This document shows, piece by piece, positions 44,601 to 52,851 of a stretch of DNA of 54,085 nucleotides (position 1 is its first letter; every line of letters starts with the position of its first letter). Made by a program: the position numbers and the translations under genes. The stretch is taken from positions 1 through 54,085 of IMG/VR virus record IMGVR_UViG_3300030330_004653; one strand, written 5' to 3'. Below the pieces are notes generated by a model. The model was given only the letters and a program-made list of their open reading frames with translations. It was not told where the DNA came from and ran no database searches. Source of the stretch: a virus (Duplodnaviria > Caudoviricetes).

Positions 44601-45794
44601 TTAATCGATTATTGACGGGAGTCCATCTACGACTCCCTTTTTTTGTTTATTGGTAGCCTTGGCATACCTAAGTGTCATGGTCGGTGTCTTATGACCGAGG
44701 ATCTGTTGGGTGGCTCCAACGCTGCCCCCATTGTCCTGCGCCCATGTAGCAAACGTATGCCTGAAGAGGTGAGGATGAAGATGTGGCAGCTCAACATCCT
44801 CATCGGACCCTTTTTCTTGTACGTATTTTATTATTCCACTGGTCAGCTTGGCTTCAAATTTAAATAGAAAATCTTTCTTCAATTGCTCCAGACCTTCTCC
44901 ATTTTCAGATAAGACTTTTTCCTTATTGATTTTACAGCTAACCCATGCACATCGTTCGACTCTGCGTAGGTGATGCCGAAGGAAGTTTCTGTCTTTTGTT
45001 TCAATAAAATTTTCTGAAGTCTTTTTAAAAGTTTTTAATGTGCTAAGAACATCAGAAGACATGGGTATGTATTCACCTTCTCCTCCTTTACGCTCTTTGA
45101 CAAGAACTTTTTGCTCAGAAACTTTTATGTTTGACCACTTTAAATTGCAGACCTCTCCAATCCTCATCCCAGTATTTACCATTAGGACTATTACGTGCTT
45201 CACTTTGGGATTTATCAATCGATAAATCGTTTTGACTTGATCCTCGGTTAGGTATTCTGGGACCTTGGGGTTTTCCTTGACCTGCTTAATCCCATCACAC
45301 GGCTTATTCCTAAGATACCCCCAATCAACTGCACACCCAAAAACTACAGACATTGTTGATAGGTATCTGTTATAGGTGGATTTTGTTTTCCCTTCCTTGA
45401 TTAGATTGCTTAGATATTTTTCGCAATCATCCCTCGTTATCTCATCAAGATATTTTTCGCCCCACTCTAATGTGATCCTTGATAGTAGGGGCCATTGCCC
45501 CTTCTTCGTGTCCTTTTTCCAGCGTATATATCGTTGGGGGAATACGGCATCGTCAGCCATTACAAAATCAAACCACTTGATTCTGGGTCCAGATTTTCCA
45601 AAGGGGTTTATGCCACGATCAAGAGACTTCTCAACAGCCATAGCTTTGCGTATAGCTTGAGATTTACTATCAGTCCCTGTGCTATACTCATGTCGCTTCC
45701 CGTTATATCGAAAACGGACATACCATTTCTTTGATGTTGAAATTTTTCGGAGCGTTATATTGCCAATCTCTAAATAATCAAGAGTAGTCGCCAA
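44601..45794 (-). CDS. int: Tyrosine integrase
   Basis: N-terminal arm-binding WYVRF..NGKR..YSTGT; TGMRIGE, HLFRH and LGH...T.RY; probable TTG start at 45794 after a CCAC leader and AGGGAG. Confidence 0.93.
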   Translation of the reverse strand: MATTLDYLEIGNITLRKISTSKKWYVRFRYNGKRHEYSTGTDSKSQAIRKAMAVEKSLDRGINPFGKSGPRIKWFDFVMADDAVFPQRYIRWKKDTKKGQWPLLSRITLEWGEKYLDEITRDDCEKYLSNLIKEGKTKSTYNRYLSTMSVVFGCAVDWGYLRNKPCDGIKQVKENPKVPEYLTEDQVKTIYRLINPKVKHVIVLMVNTGMRIGEVCNLKWSNIKVSEQKVLVKERKGGEGEYIPMSSDVLSTLKTFKKTSENFIETKDRNFLRHHLRRVERCAWVSCKINKEKVLSENGEGLEQLKKDFLFKFEAKLTSGIIKYVQEKGSDEDVELPHLHPHLFRHTFATWAQDNGGSVGATQQILGHKTPTMTLRYAKATNKQKKGVVDGLPSIID

Positions 45795-45958
45795 TGCAAT
45801 TCTCCCTGTTTTGTGGTGTGTGGTGATGGTGTTTAACTCCCCCCCGAAATTACCACTTTCCACACGCGACATACAAGTGAACAAGTGTTCACATGTGCAT
45901 TTTTATAAGGGATTTATTGCTTTTTTTAAATGGTTTTATTGCTGTAGAGGCAATTTCA

Positions 45959-46000
45959 CTGATTACAAATCAGGTGCTCTACCAGTTGAGCTAAAGCGGC
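45959..46000 (-). tRNA. 5' half of tRNA-Thr(UGU) (not an intact gene as oriented)
   Basis: GCCGCTTTAGCTCAACTGGTAGAGCACCTGATTTGTAATCAG, then non-tRNA sequence. Confidence 0.9.
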
Positions 46001-46123
46001 TAAATAATACGATGATGCTTCTATGGTAGGTTTGCGTGATGGGGGGAGTGGGCTAAAATGAGGTTCGATTTTTACGACTCCCCCCAATACTCCCCCCGTT
46101 TTGTTTTTCAAATCACCCATTAA

Positions 46124-46178
46124 ATAAAAAAAACTCCCCCCAATCACGCAACTTTTATTGCGTATGATTGGGGGGAGT
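46124..46178 (-). terminator. Terminator ending the minus-strand replication module, inside the candidate invertible segment
   Basis: ACTCCCCCCAATCA...TGATTGGGGGGAGT stem followed on the minus strand by a T-run. Confidence 0.7.
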
Positions 46179-46218
46179 AATCAGGAGGTTACGGGTTCGA
46201 TTCCCGTAGGCGGCTCCA
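46177..46218 (+). tRNA. 3' half of tRNA-Thr ending in CCA (not an intact gene as oriented)
   Basis: GTAATCAGGAGGTTACGGGTTCGATTCCCGTAGGCGGCTCCA; T-arm present; AGGCGGC pairs with GCCGCTT of the 5' half. Confidence 0.9.
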
Positions 46219-46221
46219 CAT

Positions 46222-46608
46222 TCACTTCATTACGTCACCATCAAACACTTCTGCTACTTTAGCAATCTTATCATCCACGCCCTTCCCTCGCTGTGCCATC
46301 GCTTTTTCTAACGCCTTAGCCACCGTTTCCATGCGAGTGGCTCGCTGTCTGAGGTGGGCGATGGTATTGGGCATCTCCGTCCAATGGGGGTCATAGTAGT
46401 AGCCTCCTGACCCTGACCCTATTGGCTCGCCCTGCTCGCGCAGGTAGGATACAGCGGCTCTGACAGTCACACCGGAGATCCCTAACGCCTGTTCGATGTC
46501 CTTGCTCTTTTTTGGTTGGTCCTTGTTGTATCTCTTCAATCCGCGCAGGATTGTAGGCGCGTGCTCTCGCACGGCTGGTGGTTGCTGGTCCTCAAAGTTG
46601 GTAAGCAT
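46222..46608 (-). CDS. Winged-HTH DNA-binding protein
   Basis: SKDIEQALGISGVTVRAAVSYLREQGEPIGS..GYY. Confidence 0.8.
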   Translation of the reverse strand: MLTNFEDQQPPAVREHAPTILRGLKRYNKDQPKKSKDIEQALGISGVTVRAAVSYLREQGEPIGSGSGGYYYDPHWTEMPNTIAHLRQRATRMETVAKALEKAMAQRGKGVDDKIAKVAEVFDGDVMK

Positions 46609-46631
46609 TGGTCCTCTTATGGTGGTGGTGG

Positions 46632-46814
46632 TTACTTCTTTTTCTTTTTCTTAGTAGCTCCCTGAGCAGCTCGCGCATTATCAATCAGATTAGGGTAGCT
46701 CCGTCCAGCAGCGGCTGCTTTTTGCCGTGCGCTCTTTTTTTGAGAAGGCGTTAGGGTCTTTGACTTCTTTTTTGGATTCGATTTTTCCCAGAATTTCTTT
46801 TCTTTTTTTTTCAT
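46632..46814 (-). CDS. Small Lys-rich protein
   Basis: LTPSQK..AR..A...GR.YPNLIDN; ATG at 46814 after GGAGGG. Confidence 0.7.
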   Translation of the reverse strand: MKKKEKKFWEKSNPKKKSKTLTPSQKKSARQKAAAAGRSYPNLIDNARAAQGATKKKKKK

Positions 46815-46913
46815 CTCGCCCTCCAACTAAAGTTGTGTGGGGAGGAAGGTAGGGAATCCCCTACACAAAAATATTTTTTTCGTGTACACCTACCTGCCCT
46901 CCCCACGTTATGA

Positions 46914-47002
46914 TGTGTCTATGCAAGCATTCGCGCTCGTATTTTATTACGGCTCCCCTTCCGCAATAAAAACTGAGGTCTCTCCTCAGATCGCATGACA
47001 CA
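46914..47002 (-). ncRNA. Candidate four-helix (cloverleaf) RNA element
   Basis: Closing stem plus CTGAGG/CCTCAG, TTTTATTGCGG/CCGTAATAAAA and AGCG/TGCT. Confidence 0.4.
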
Positions 47003-47398
47003 TCAATCTCGTTTATCCCACCTTGCTTTTTCTCGCCCTATATAGTCCCTGCAATCAAGGTGGAGGAAGGTGTTGTATTGCCCTATACCCCCAAATCCAA
47101 CCTCTTCTGCGAGGTCATAGAGTGATTGCAACGCTCCTCGCAAGTCGGGATGTGGCCCTGATGTGATGGGCGTGATATCTGTCGCAAAAAGCAGATGCAT
47201 GGATCTCTCTACGCCTCCCACTAACTGGTTGTGCTCAGGGCTGCGATAGCCGCTATTTATTTTCAGGGGCGCGTCCCATAGGACCCGTAGCTGCTCCAAT
47301 AGCCCTACGTGCCGCAGGGTTAAATCAGATACAATGAGATGCTTTGCTGTTGGGCAATAAAACTCCCGCCATTTAAAGTGATTTGATGCGTTTTCCAT
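47003..47398 (-). CDS. Peptidase M15A-family zinc peptidase (endolysin candidate)
   Basis: HF...EF.C, SGYR...HN..VGG...S.H...A.DI and G.Y..FLHLD.R. Confidence 0.88.
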   Translation of the reverse strand: MENASNHFKWREFYCPTAKHLIVSDLTLRHVGLLEQLRVLWDAPLKINSGYRSPEHNQLVGGVERSMHLLFATDITPITSGPHPDLRGALQSLYDLAEEVGFGGIGQYNTFLHLDCRDYIGREKARWDKRD

Positions 47399-47648
47399 CT
47401 TCTTCCTCTCTGATTTGTTGTAGCATTCGGGGATATACGTCTTGGTCTAAGCGCAGCGTCCGATGCCATACTGTATCACTCAACACAAAATCAGCGTGTG
47501 TCTGTAGGCTGTGATGACCTGTAGCATACGCTCTGCGATACTCATGCAGAGCTGAGTAGATCACTTCTGAGGCCAGCCTGCGATACGGCTCATCTGGATC
47601 TCCTGAGATATACTGGAAGCCCTTTCCTCCGATGCTTTTTTTGCTCAT
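47373..47648 (-). CDS. Hypothetical protein
   Basis: Coupled to the primase-helicase stop codon. Confidence 0.7.
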   Translation of the reverse strand: MSKKSIGGKGFQYISGDPDEPYRRLASEVIYSALHEYRRAYATGHHSLQTHADFVLSDTVWHRTLRLDQDVYPRMLQQIREEEDGKRIKSL

Positions 47649-49579
47649 TCTCCATCCTCCAATCCGTCAAACATCTCCTGTATGTGCTGCCCTACGGAGT
47701 CCTGCGTGGGGGCAGGAACAGGGGCTGCGGGATAGGGCTTTGGGGTATAGAGTGATCCGCTCCCCAGATTGATAGGGTCCAGCGAGTCGGTGCAGATTTG
47801 AAATGTTGGACCGTCCCACGGATAAAGGGCGTAGTCCCCAGCAGCATGGGTCATGCCCTTGCGGGACTTGAGCACCTGCACTGCCATCGTCCGGTCAAGC
47901 GAGCTGCGCTCAGGACGATGGATGCCGAGCACTAAGTCTGCGCCTTCCTCTATCACACCTGAATCGCGCCCCGAGGACAGGCTGATAGGCACATCGCCAT
48001 CCTCGCCATGACCTCGTCCTATCTGGGACAGGACCATCACCAGCGTCTCAGTGCGCTTCGCTACATTTTTGAGCGATGCTGCTATCTCAGAGACAGCTTG
48101 ATAACTGCTGACCGAGCTGCCCTTGTTGCTCGACTTAATAAGTCCGAGGTAGTCAATGCATATCGCATCGACTTTGCCATGTCGGTCTGCTGTTTTCTGG
48201 ATGGTCTCTTCGATCTGGGACATGGACATCGCAGACTGTGTGCAGATGTGATAGCGGTCCCACCACGGGATATCCGCTATGGCCTTTCTAACGGCATTGT
48301 AGTCGCCTTCGATAGCCGAGGCAGGTATACCCAGCTCTATCGCTATCTGACGCTCCATGACCCGTGCCAGCGTCATTTCAAGCGAGAAGAAGAGCACACG
48401 GTGTCCTGCTGCGGTCATGTGCCTAAGCATATTAAGCGCGAGGGCTGTCTTACCGGAGCCTGTCTTGCCCAGCATGACACATACCTCGCCTGCCCGTAGC
48501 TCCCGATGCTGTTTGTCAATTTCGGGGAATCCAGAGGGCAAGCTGGCAGACGGGTTGCGGAGCGTATCGTGATACTCGTTGACAGCCTCCAGTCCAGTGT
48601 GGACTACGATGCCCTCATCCTCGTCCAGTGCAGCGTCCCCGCCATAGGCCGAGCGAACCTTGGCCTGTAAGACTTCCGGTCCATCGGTCTCGGTTAGGGG
48701 GGTGTCGAGCTTGCTATCCCACAGGCGCAGGATGTTGAGAGCTTTCCACGCTGGGACCCCGTAGTCACGCAGCTCTCTCGCTTCCCAATAAAATGCATTA
48801 TCCCGCCCTGCGCCTTCGGTCAGGTCTGTCTGATATCCCCGCTGCGGATCGCCCTGTGCGGCCTTAGATGGGGCTGTAGGGGCGATGCTCTGCTGGACAT
48901 CTAACCACACTGCCTCAAGCGCATCAACGCTCTTGGCTGCACTGGGAGGCAGGATGGTTGTGTCCTGCTGTGTTGTTGCCCGCTGCAATATTTCTTCGAC
49001 TGTAATCCCACAGAAATCTTCTGTGGGGATATGTGTCTTGAAGTAACCAGAAACGTCATGCTTTGTCCCTCCCGCACGCAGCAGACGTTTCTGGTCGTAG
49101 ATCGCATAGTCTATGTCGTGTCCATGCGCGATGCGCTTTGCCAATTCGCGGAGTCGTGTGTGCAGCTTGGCAGATTCTCGCCACCCGCCAAACAATCCCG
49201 CAGGCAGCATGACATGGTACCCCTTTTTACCGGAAAACCATACTACAATATGCTCTGGAGGCGTTCCAAAACCATCAATCAGCTCACCCACAAACTGCTG
49301 AGTGCTCTTTGTGGCCTCGTCGATGTTGGTATTGTCAATATCAAACGCCAAATAGGGTGCATACGATGCGCCCTGATACCCACGGACCGTGCCATGGGTC
49401 GCTACGTGATCAGCAAAGTCCTGCCCAAATACATGTATAGATTTATAAGCTGGCGTGCCTCGCTCCCTGCACTCTGCTATCTTGACCGCAGCCTCTGCTA
49501 CGGGTAGGACCGTGCCTCGGTTGCGTATATCATTCAGCGCAACCTCGCAATATTTCTTATGTGGTGTGGTGGTGGTCAT
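47645..49579 (-). CDS. AEP-type primase-polymerase fused to a DnaB-like (SF4) helicase
   Basis: FDID and FSGKKGYH (AEP); GRDN (PriCT-like); GKTGSGKT, FSLEM, IDYLGL, LSQ, IEEGAD and KSR.G. Confidence 0.92.
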   Translation of the reverse strand: MTTTTPHKKYCEVALNDIRNRGTVLPVAEAAVKIAECRERGTPAYKSIHVFGQDFADHVATHGTVRGYQGASYAPYLAFDIDNTNIDEATKSTQQFVGELIDGFGTPPEHIVVWFSGKKGYHVMLPAGLFGGWRESAKLHTRLRELAKRIAHGHDIDYAIYDQKRLLRAGGTKHDVSGYFKTHIPTEDFCGITVEEILQRATTQQDTTILPPSAAKSVDALEAVWLDVQQSIAPTAPSKAAQGDPQRGYQTDLTEGAGRDNAFYWEARELRDYGVPAWKALNILRLWDSKLDTPLTETDGPEVLQAKVRSAYGGDAALDEDEGIVVHTGLEAVNEYHDTLRNPSASLPSGFPEIDKQHRELRAGEVCVMLGKTGSGKTALALNMLRHMTAAGHRVLFFSLEMTLARVMERQIAIELGIPASAIEGDYNAVRKAIADIPWWDRYHICTQSAMSMSQIEETIQKTADRHGKVDAICIDYLGLIKSSNKGSSVSSYQAVSEIAASLKNVAKRTETLVMVLSQIGRGHGEDGDVPISLSSGRDSGVIEEGADLVLGIHRPERSSLDRTMAVQVLKSRKGMTHAAGDYALYPWDGPTFQICTDSLDPINLGSGSLYTPKPYPAAPVPAPTQDSVGQHIQEMFDGLEDGE

Positions 49580-49998
49580 TACTTGAGTGTCCCCTCTATG
49601 TTGACTGTGATTTTCGGATCGTCCTTTATCGGATCACAAAAATTATCTCGCAGATAATCGATGCCTGACCAGTTGTCCTGCTCTATTACCTGCGATTGCT
49701 GCAATGCATCTAATACATACTTGCGAACTACGGCTGCGGCATTGTCGGGATCACGCCTTTTGTTGGGGGGGTAATAGCTGATCGTGATCCCGACAGAGCC
49801 TGCATATTTTTTGATCTTCGCTCTCTTGATCTCAGCGATAATGATCGTCTGCCATTTCCGCTTAGACTTAGATCGATTGGACCAGTGGTGGCTGGTTTCC
49901 CTAAGCAGATCGTTGAGCGTGGGGAAGCCCCAAGGCAGCTCAAAAATCTGTTCTGTGGGGTAGGCAGGGCTACAGGGAGCCACCACACCCCCCATCAC
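49579..49998 (-). CDS. rusA: RusA-like Holliday junction resolvase
   Basis: PTLN, RRDPDN and K..LDAL....VI..DN. Confidence 0.8.
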   Translation of the reverse strand: MMGGVVAPCSPAYPTEQIFELPWGFPTLNDLLRETSHHWSNRSKSKRKWQTIIIAEIKRAKIKKYAGSVGITISYYPPNKRRDPDNAAAVVRKYVLDALQQSQVIEQDNWSGIDYLRDNFCDPIKDDPKITVNIEGTLK

Positions 49999-50058
49999 CG
50001 AGAATCGTTATGGAAGGAGTCCATCGGAGCCTCACGGTGTGTAGCCCTGCCTCGTTGC

Positions 50059-50562
50059 TTAAAACGGGATGTCATCAACGTCTTCATCTATGGGGGCAGG
50101 AGGCGTGGGGGCCTTCGGTGCTGGTGCAGGACCGTCATCTGCCTCCGGTGTTACCGTAGTGGCATCCAGATTAGCATAGACATCCCCATTTTTCTTGGTC
50201 TTGTGCTTGACCAATATCCGCACCCGCTTCCCCTGCCAGACATCATCGTTGATGTCGGTAGCCTCCTCTGGGCTAAGGGGACGGCCAAGAAGACGCTCCC
50301 TAAAGATGGTCAGGTGAGCACGTTCCCCGAATGACAGAGACAGCCAGATCAGTCCGGTAGAAGGATCTCCATTGTCGAGCGGTGGCTCAGTTTCGCTCTC
50401 AAAGGTGATCGTCAGTTTGGTCTGGGTTTCGGGTTCGCCCGTATTGTAATTTCGACCATCAATCGTTCTTACCTCGGACGCAACCAAGCGTCCTGTATGC
50501 CATCCTGCGGACAAGGGTTTGAAACTGCTTGCGGGTTTTTCAAGAGTGAATAGTGTAGCCAT
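50059..50562 (-). CDS. ssDNA-binding-like protein
   Basis: F.PL.AG.H N-terminus, beta-rich core, acidic tail ending DDIPF. Confidence 0.75.
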   Translation of the reverse strand: MATLFTLEKPASSFKPLSAGWHTGRLVASEVRTIDGRNYNTGEPETQTKLTITFESETEPPLDNGDPSTGLIWLSLSFGERAHLTIFRERLLGRPLSPEEATDINDDVWQGKRVRILVKHKTKKNGDVYANLDATTVTPEADDGPAPAPKAPTPPAPIDEDVDDIPF

Positions 50563-50790
50563 TGTGATCTCCCTTATGGGTGGTTTTTTGTGTTTGGATT
50601 ATTGTTGCTTATATTTGGCAGACGCAAATAGGCTCCTTTGGGTCTGTCTGCTGAGACCTCGTAGACTGTGGTGGTTTGCGGTGGTTCTCTTATGTGGTGG
50701 GGGGGGACGAGGATCTGTGGTGGGTCCGTTTGAGTCCCCCTCCTTTTTTTCATAAAGACTAAAAAAATAATGTGTGATTATTACCTGTAT

Positions 50791-50818
50791 AAGATAGGCA
50801 ATAATGCAGTCGGGTCAA
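50791..50818 (-). promoter_or_regulatory. Candidate promoter of the replication module
   Basis: TTGACC-N16-TATCTT; same -10 as the early promoter; divergent from the HTH gene. Confidence 0.5.
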
Positions 50819-50843
50819 GACCTAATTTGCATGGAGTCAGATT

Positions 50844-51050
50844 ATGATCAGATGGACATTATCAACAGCGATGGAGGATGCAGGCGTGCGCTTTGTCAAA
50901 GACCTTGCATCTATGACAGGCATCTCCTATGCTCACCTCACAAAACTCCATCGCAATCAATCGAAAACCGTATCAATGGATACGTTAAACGCTCTGTGTG
51001 TAGCGTTAGACTGCAATGTTGAAGCGTTACTGGAGTATGTGCCAGAATAA
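50844..51050 (+). CDS. Cro/C1-type HTH regulator (repressor candidate)
   Basis: DLASMTGISY..L..L......V..DTL..LC.AL.C.V..LLEY. Confidence 0.88.
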   Translation: MIRWTLSTAMEDAGVRFVKDLASMTGISYAHLTKLHRNQSKTVSMDTLNALCVALDCNVEALLEYVPE

Positions 51051-51059
51051 GTTGGCACA

Positions 51060-51190
51060 CTTTTTGCGATTTATTAATTATTAATTATTAATAAAAAATT
51101 AAGAGATATATAGAGATAGATAGAGCATTACTATGTACATATCTATAGATATTCTTTATATTTTATTAGAGTAAAATCTAATAAAAAAAG
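51060..51190. other. Extremely AT-rich intergenic region (candidate replication origin)
   Basis: TTAATTA repeats, palindrome ATATCTATAGATAT and inverted repeat TTTTATTAGA/TCTAATAAAA. Confidence 0.45.
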
Positions 51191-51196
51191 GATATC

Positions 51197-52018
51197 ATGT
51201 CACAGTTAATTACTCCCCCGCGCACGCGAGAAAAATCAGGCACTCTCAGTCCTACATCCTACACCAGCAATGCTTTCTCATATGACGAGTGGCTGGGTGA
51301 TGGCAAGAGATTTTATGCTATTGGAAAATCTTTAGCTTGGTGGATAGGGGACTGGTTGCTGCATGGCGAAGAGCATTTCGGGGATCGTGTACATCAGGCC
51401 GTAGCTGACTGTGGCTACGAGTATGAGACGATCAGAGATTCAGTCAGAGTCTGCAAACAATTTCCCCAAGACCAGCGATCACCTGACCTGTCATTTGCCC
51501 ATCATCGCGCATTAATCTCCTGCCAGAATCGTCAGGAGTGGATTGATAAGGCAGTTGAGGGGGAGTGGTCGGTTGCTGAACTAAGAACACAGATCAGATC
51601 AGACCGGAGGAATCAGGCCCTGTTGGGTGTAGCTGCTGAGACCCATCAATCACTGATTGCTATCCCTCCATACGGGGATATAGAATCCCTCCCAGAGATA
51701 CAGCTATCAGATCCTGCATTGGTTGTTTGGATCGTATCGTCTGTAGATGTTGCGCGAGGCATGAAAGACCTGCAAAGTTTGGGTTTAACTTATAAGAGCA
51801 TGATAGTCCTCAGACCTCCTGTAATCGCTCCTAATCCACGATCAGGGCATTGGACTACACAGGAGTGCTCTTATGGGTTGGTTGGCGTTAGGGGGGACCT
51901 GAAGGCCCCTATGCCTGATGATGTCCTGCCCCAGATCCAAGGCAACCTGAGCGTGCTCAGGATAACCTTGGAACGGGCCTATCCACAGTTGTCTGTCTCG
52001 ACTTTGTGGGTAGATTAA
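51197..52018 (+). CDS. LmbU-like N-terminal domain plus a degenerate MT-A70-like C-terminus
   Basis: WWIGDWL..GE..FG and LSF.HH; IAIPPY in place of DPPW; G.W....E.....G.RG. Confidence 0.6.
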   Translation: MSQLITPPRTREKSGTLSPTSYTSNAFSYDEWLGDGKRFYAIGKSLAWWIGDWLLHGEEHFGDRVHQAVADCGYEYETIRDSVRVCKQFPQDQRSPDLSFAHHRALISCQNRQEWIDKAVEGEWSVAELRTQIRSDRRNQALLGVAAETHQSLIAIPPYGDIESLPEIQLSDPALVVWIVSSVDVARGMKDLQSLGLTYKSMIVLRPPVIAPNPRSGHWTTQECSYGLVGVRGDLKAPMPDDVLPQIQGNLSVLRITLERAYPQLSVSTLWVD

Positions 52019-52629
52019 ATTTTCTTACTCCATCTTTTTTTGTCGTGGATGATTATGTCAGCATCAGGATCGATGGTGGGTCGAGGTCTATTTTTTCTAT
52101 CCCACTGCTGACTCTTAGTGTGATGGTCATCTAACGTCCACCCTGCTGCTTTGTAGCTGTGTCCTTCTTCCGGTTCAAGGGTGTATGATATGAGTCGCTC
52201 ATACCCTTTGGCCTTGGCTATTCTCTCAGCTCGTCCCAGCAGTTGAGAGGCAGAGTTTTTAGGTGATCCAGACATCAGGGCAAGTCGATTGACCTCCAGT
52301 GTCATATCGTTGTTTAGATTGCGAGCCTTGGGGTAGCCCATGACCAGCACTCCGTAGGTCGATACCTCGTCCCGTATAGTCAGGACATCAGTCCATCCGG
52401 TTACGTCCCCGCAATGACGGTGGATGTATCGGAGGAAGCTGTTGATCGTTTCTTTCCGCTTGCCTGTTGGCAGGGGAGCTACACTGCTTTGCCCCCACTG
52501 CCAACCAAAGCGACCCTGTGCTCGCAGGACATTGATCAGTCCGTATCGTTGGACATCTTGATCACTCATAGTAGATGTGTCCTGCCACCTAACCCAGAGT
52601 GATTCGGGTATTCCGGTTAAGTCGGTCAA
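52015..52629 (-). CDS. XF1762/Mom-like GNAT-fold protein (possible DNA modifier)
   Basis: HRH, G.P.AR, LEVNRL, N.ASQL, GY.R.ISYT...E.G.S.KAAGW and K.RW. Confidence 0.8.
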   Translation of the reverse strand: MTDLTGIPESLWVRWQDTSTMSDQDVQRYGLINVLRAQGRFGWQWGQSSVAPLPTGKRKETINSFLRYIHRHCGDVTGWTDVLTIRDEVSTYGVLVMGYPKARNLNNDMTLEVNRLALMSGSPKNSASQLLGRAERIAKAKGYERLISYTLEPEEGHSYKAAGWTLDDHHTKSQQWDRKNRPRPTIDPDADIIIHDKKRWSKKI

Positions 52630-52851
52630 TTATCCCCCCTCATTGAGGATGGCGGCAATCCTTTCAATCTGATCCTGACTGACTCGCCCTGCAAAAATTG
52701 CGAATGCGTGGTGATCCTCACTGCGGGAGTTGTCCAGCAAATATGTTTCCTTCTTTGTGCCATGGCTTCCGTGCGCCTTAAAAATCGCTCCTGCATTTGC
52801 CGTATAGGCATATGGTTTAATTATTTTTTTGGTCATCATTGTCTCCCTCAT
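52630..52851 (-). CDS. Hypothetical protein
   Basis: CCAC leader and GAGGGAG RBS (start probably ~52839). Confidence 0.65.
   Translation of the reverse strand: MRETMMTKKIIKPYAYTANAGAIFKAHGSHGTKKETYLLDNSRSEDHHAFAIFAGRVSQDQIERIAAILNEGG

Larger units (their letters stand above)
45959..46184. mobile_element. att region / candidate invertible segment bounded by the inverted cores CTGATTAC and GTAATCAG
   Basis: 8-bp inverted core shared by both tRNA halves; ACTCCCCCC repeats; adjacent integrase. Confidence 0.6.

Noticed and set aside
45795-45884. N-terminal extension of the integrase in the ORF track
   Set aside because: It contains the CCAC leader and AGGGAG RBS, which point to the TTG at 45794
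45959-46218. An intact tRNA gene, or a tRNA with an intron
   Set aside because: The halves are on opposite strands and cannot be spliced from one transcript as oriented
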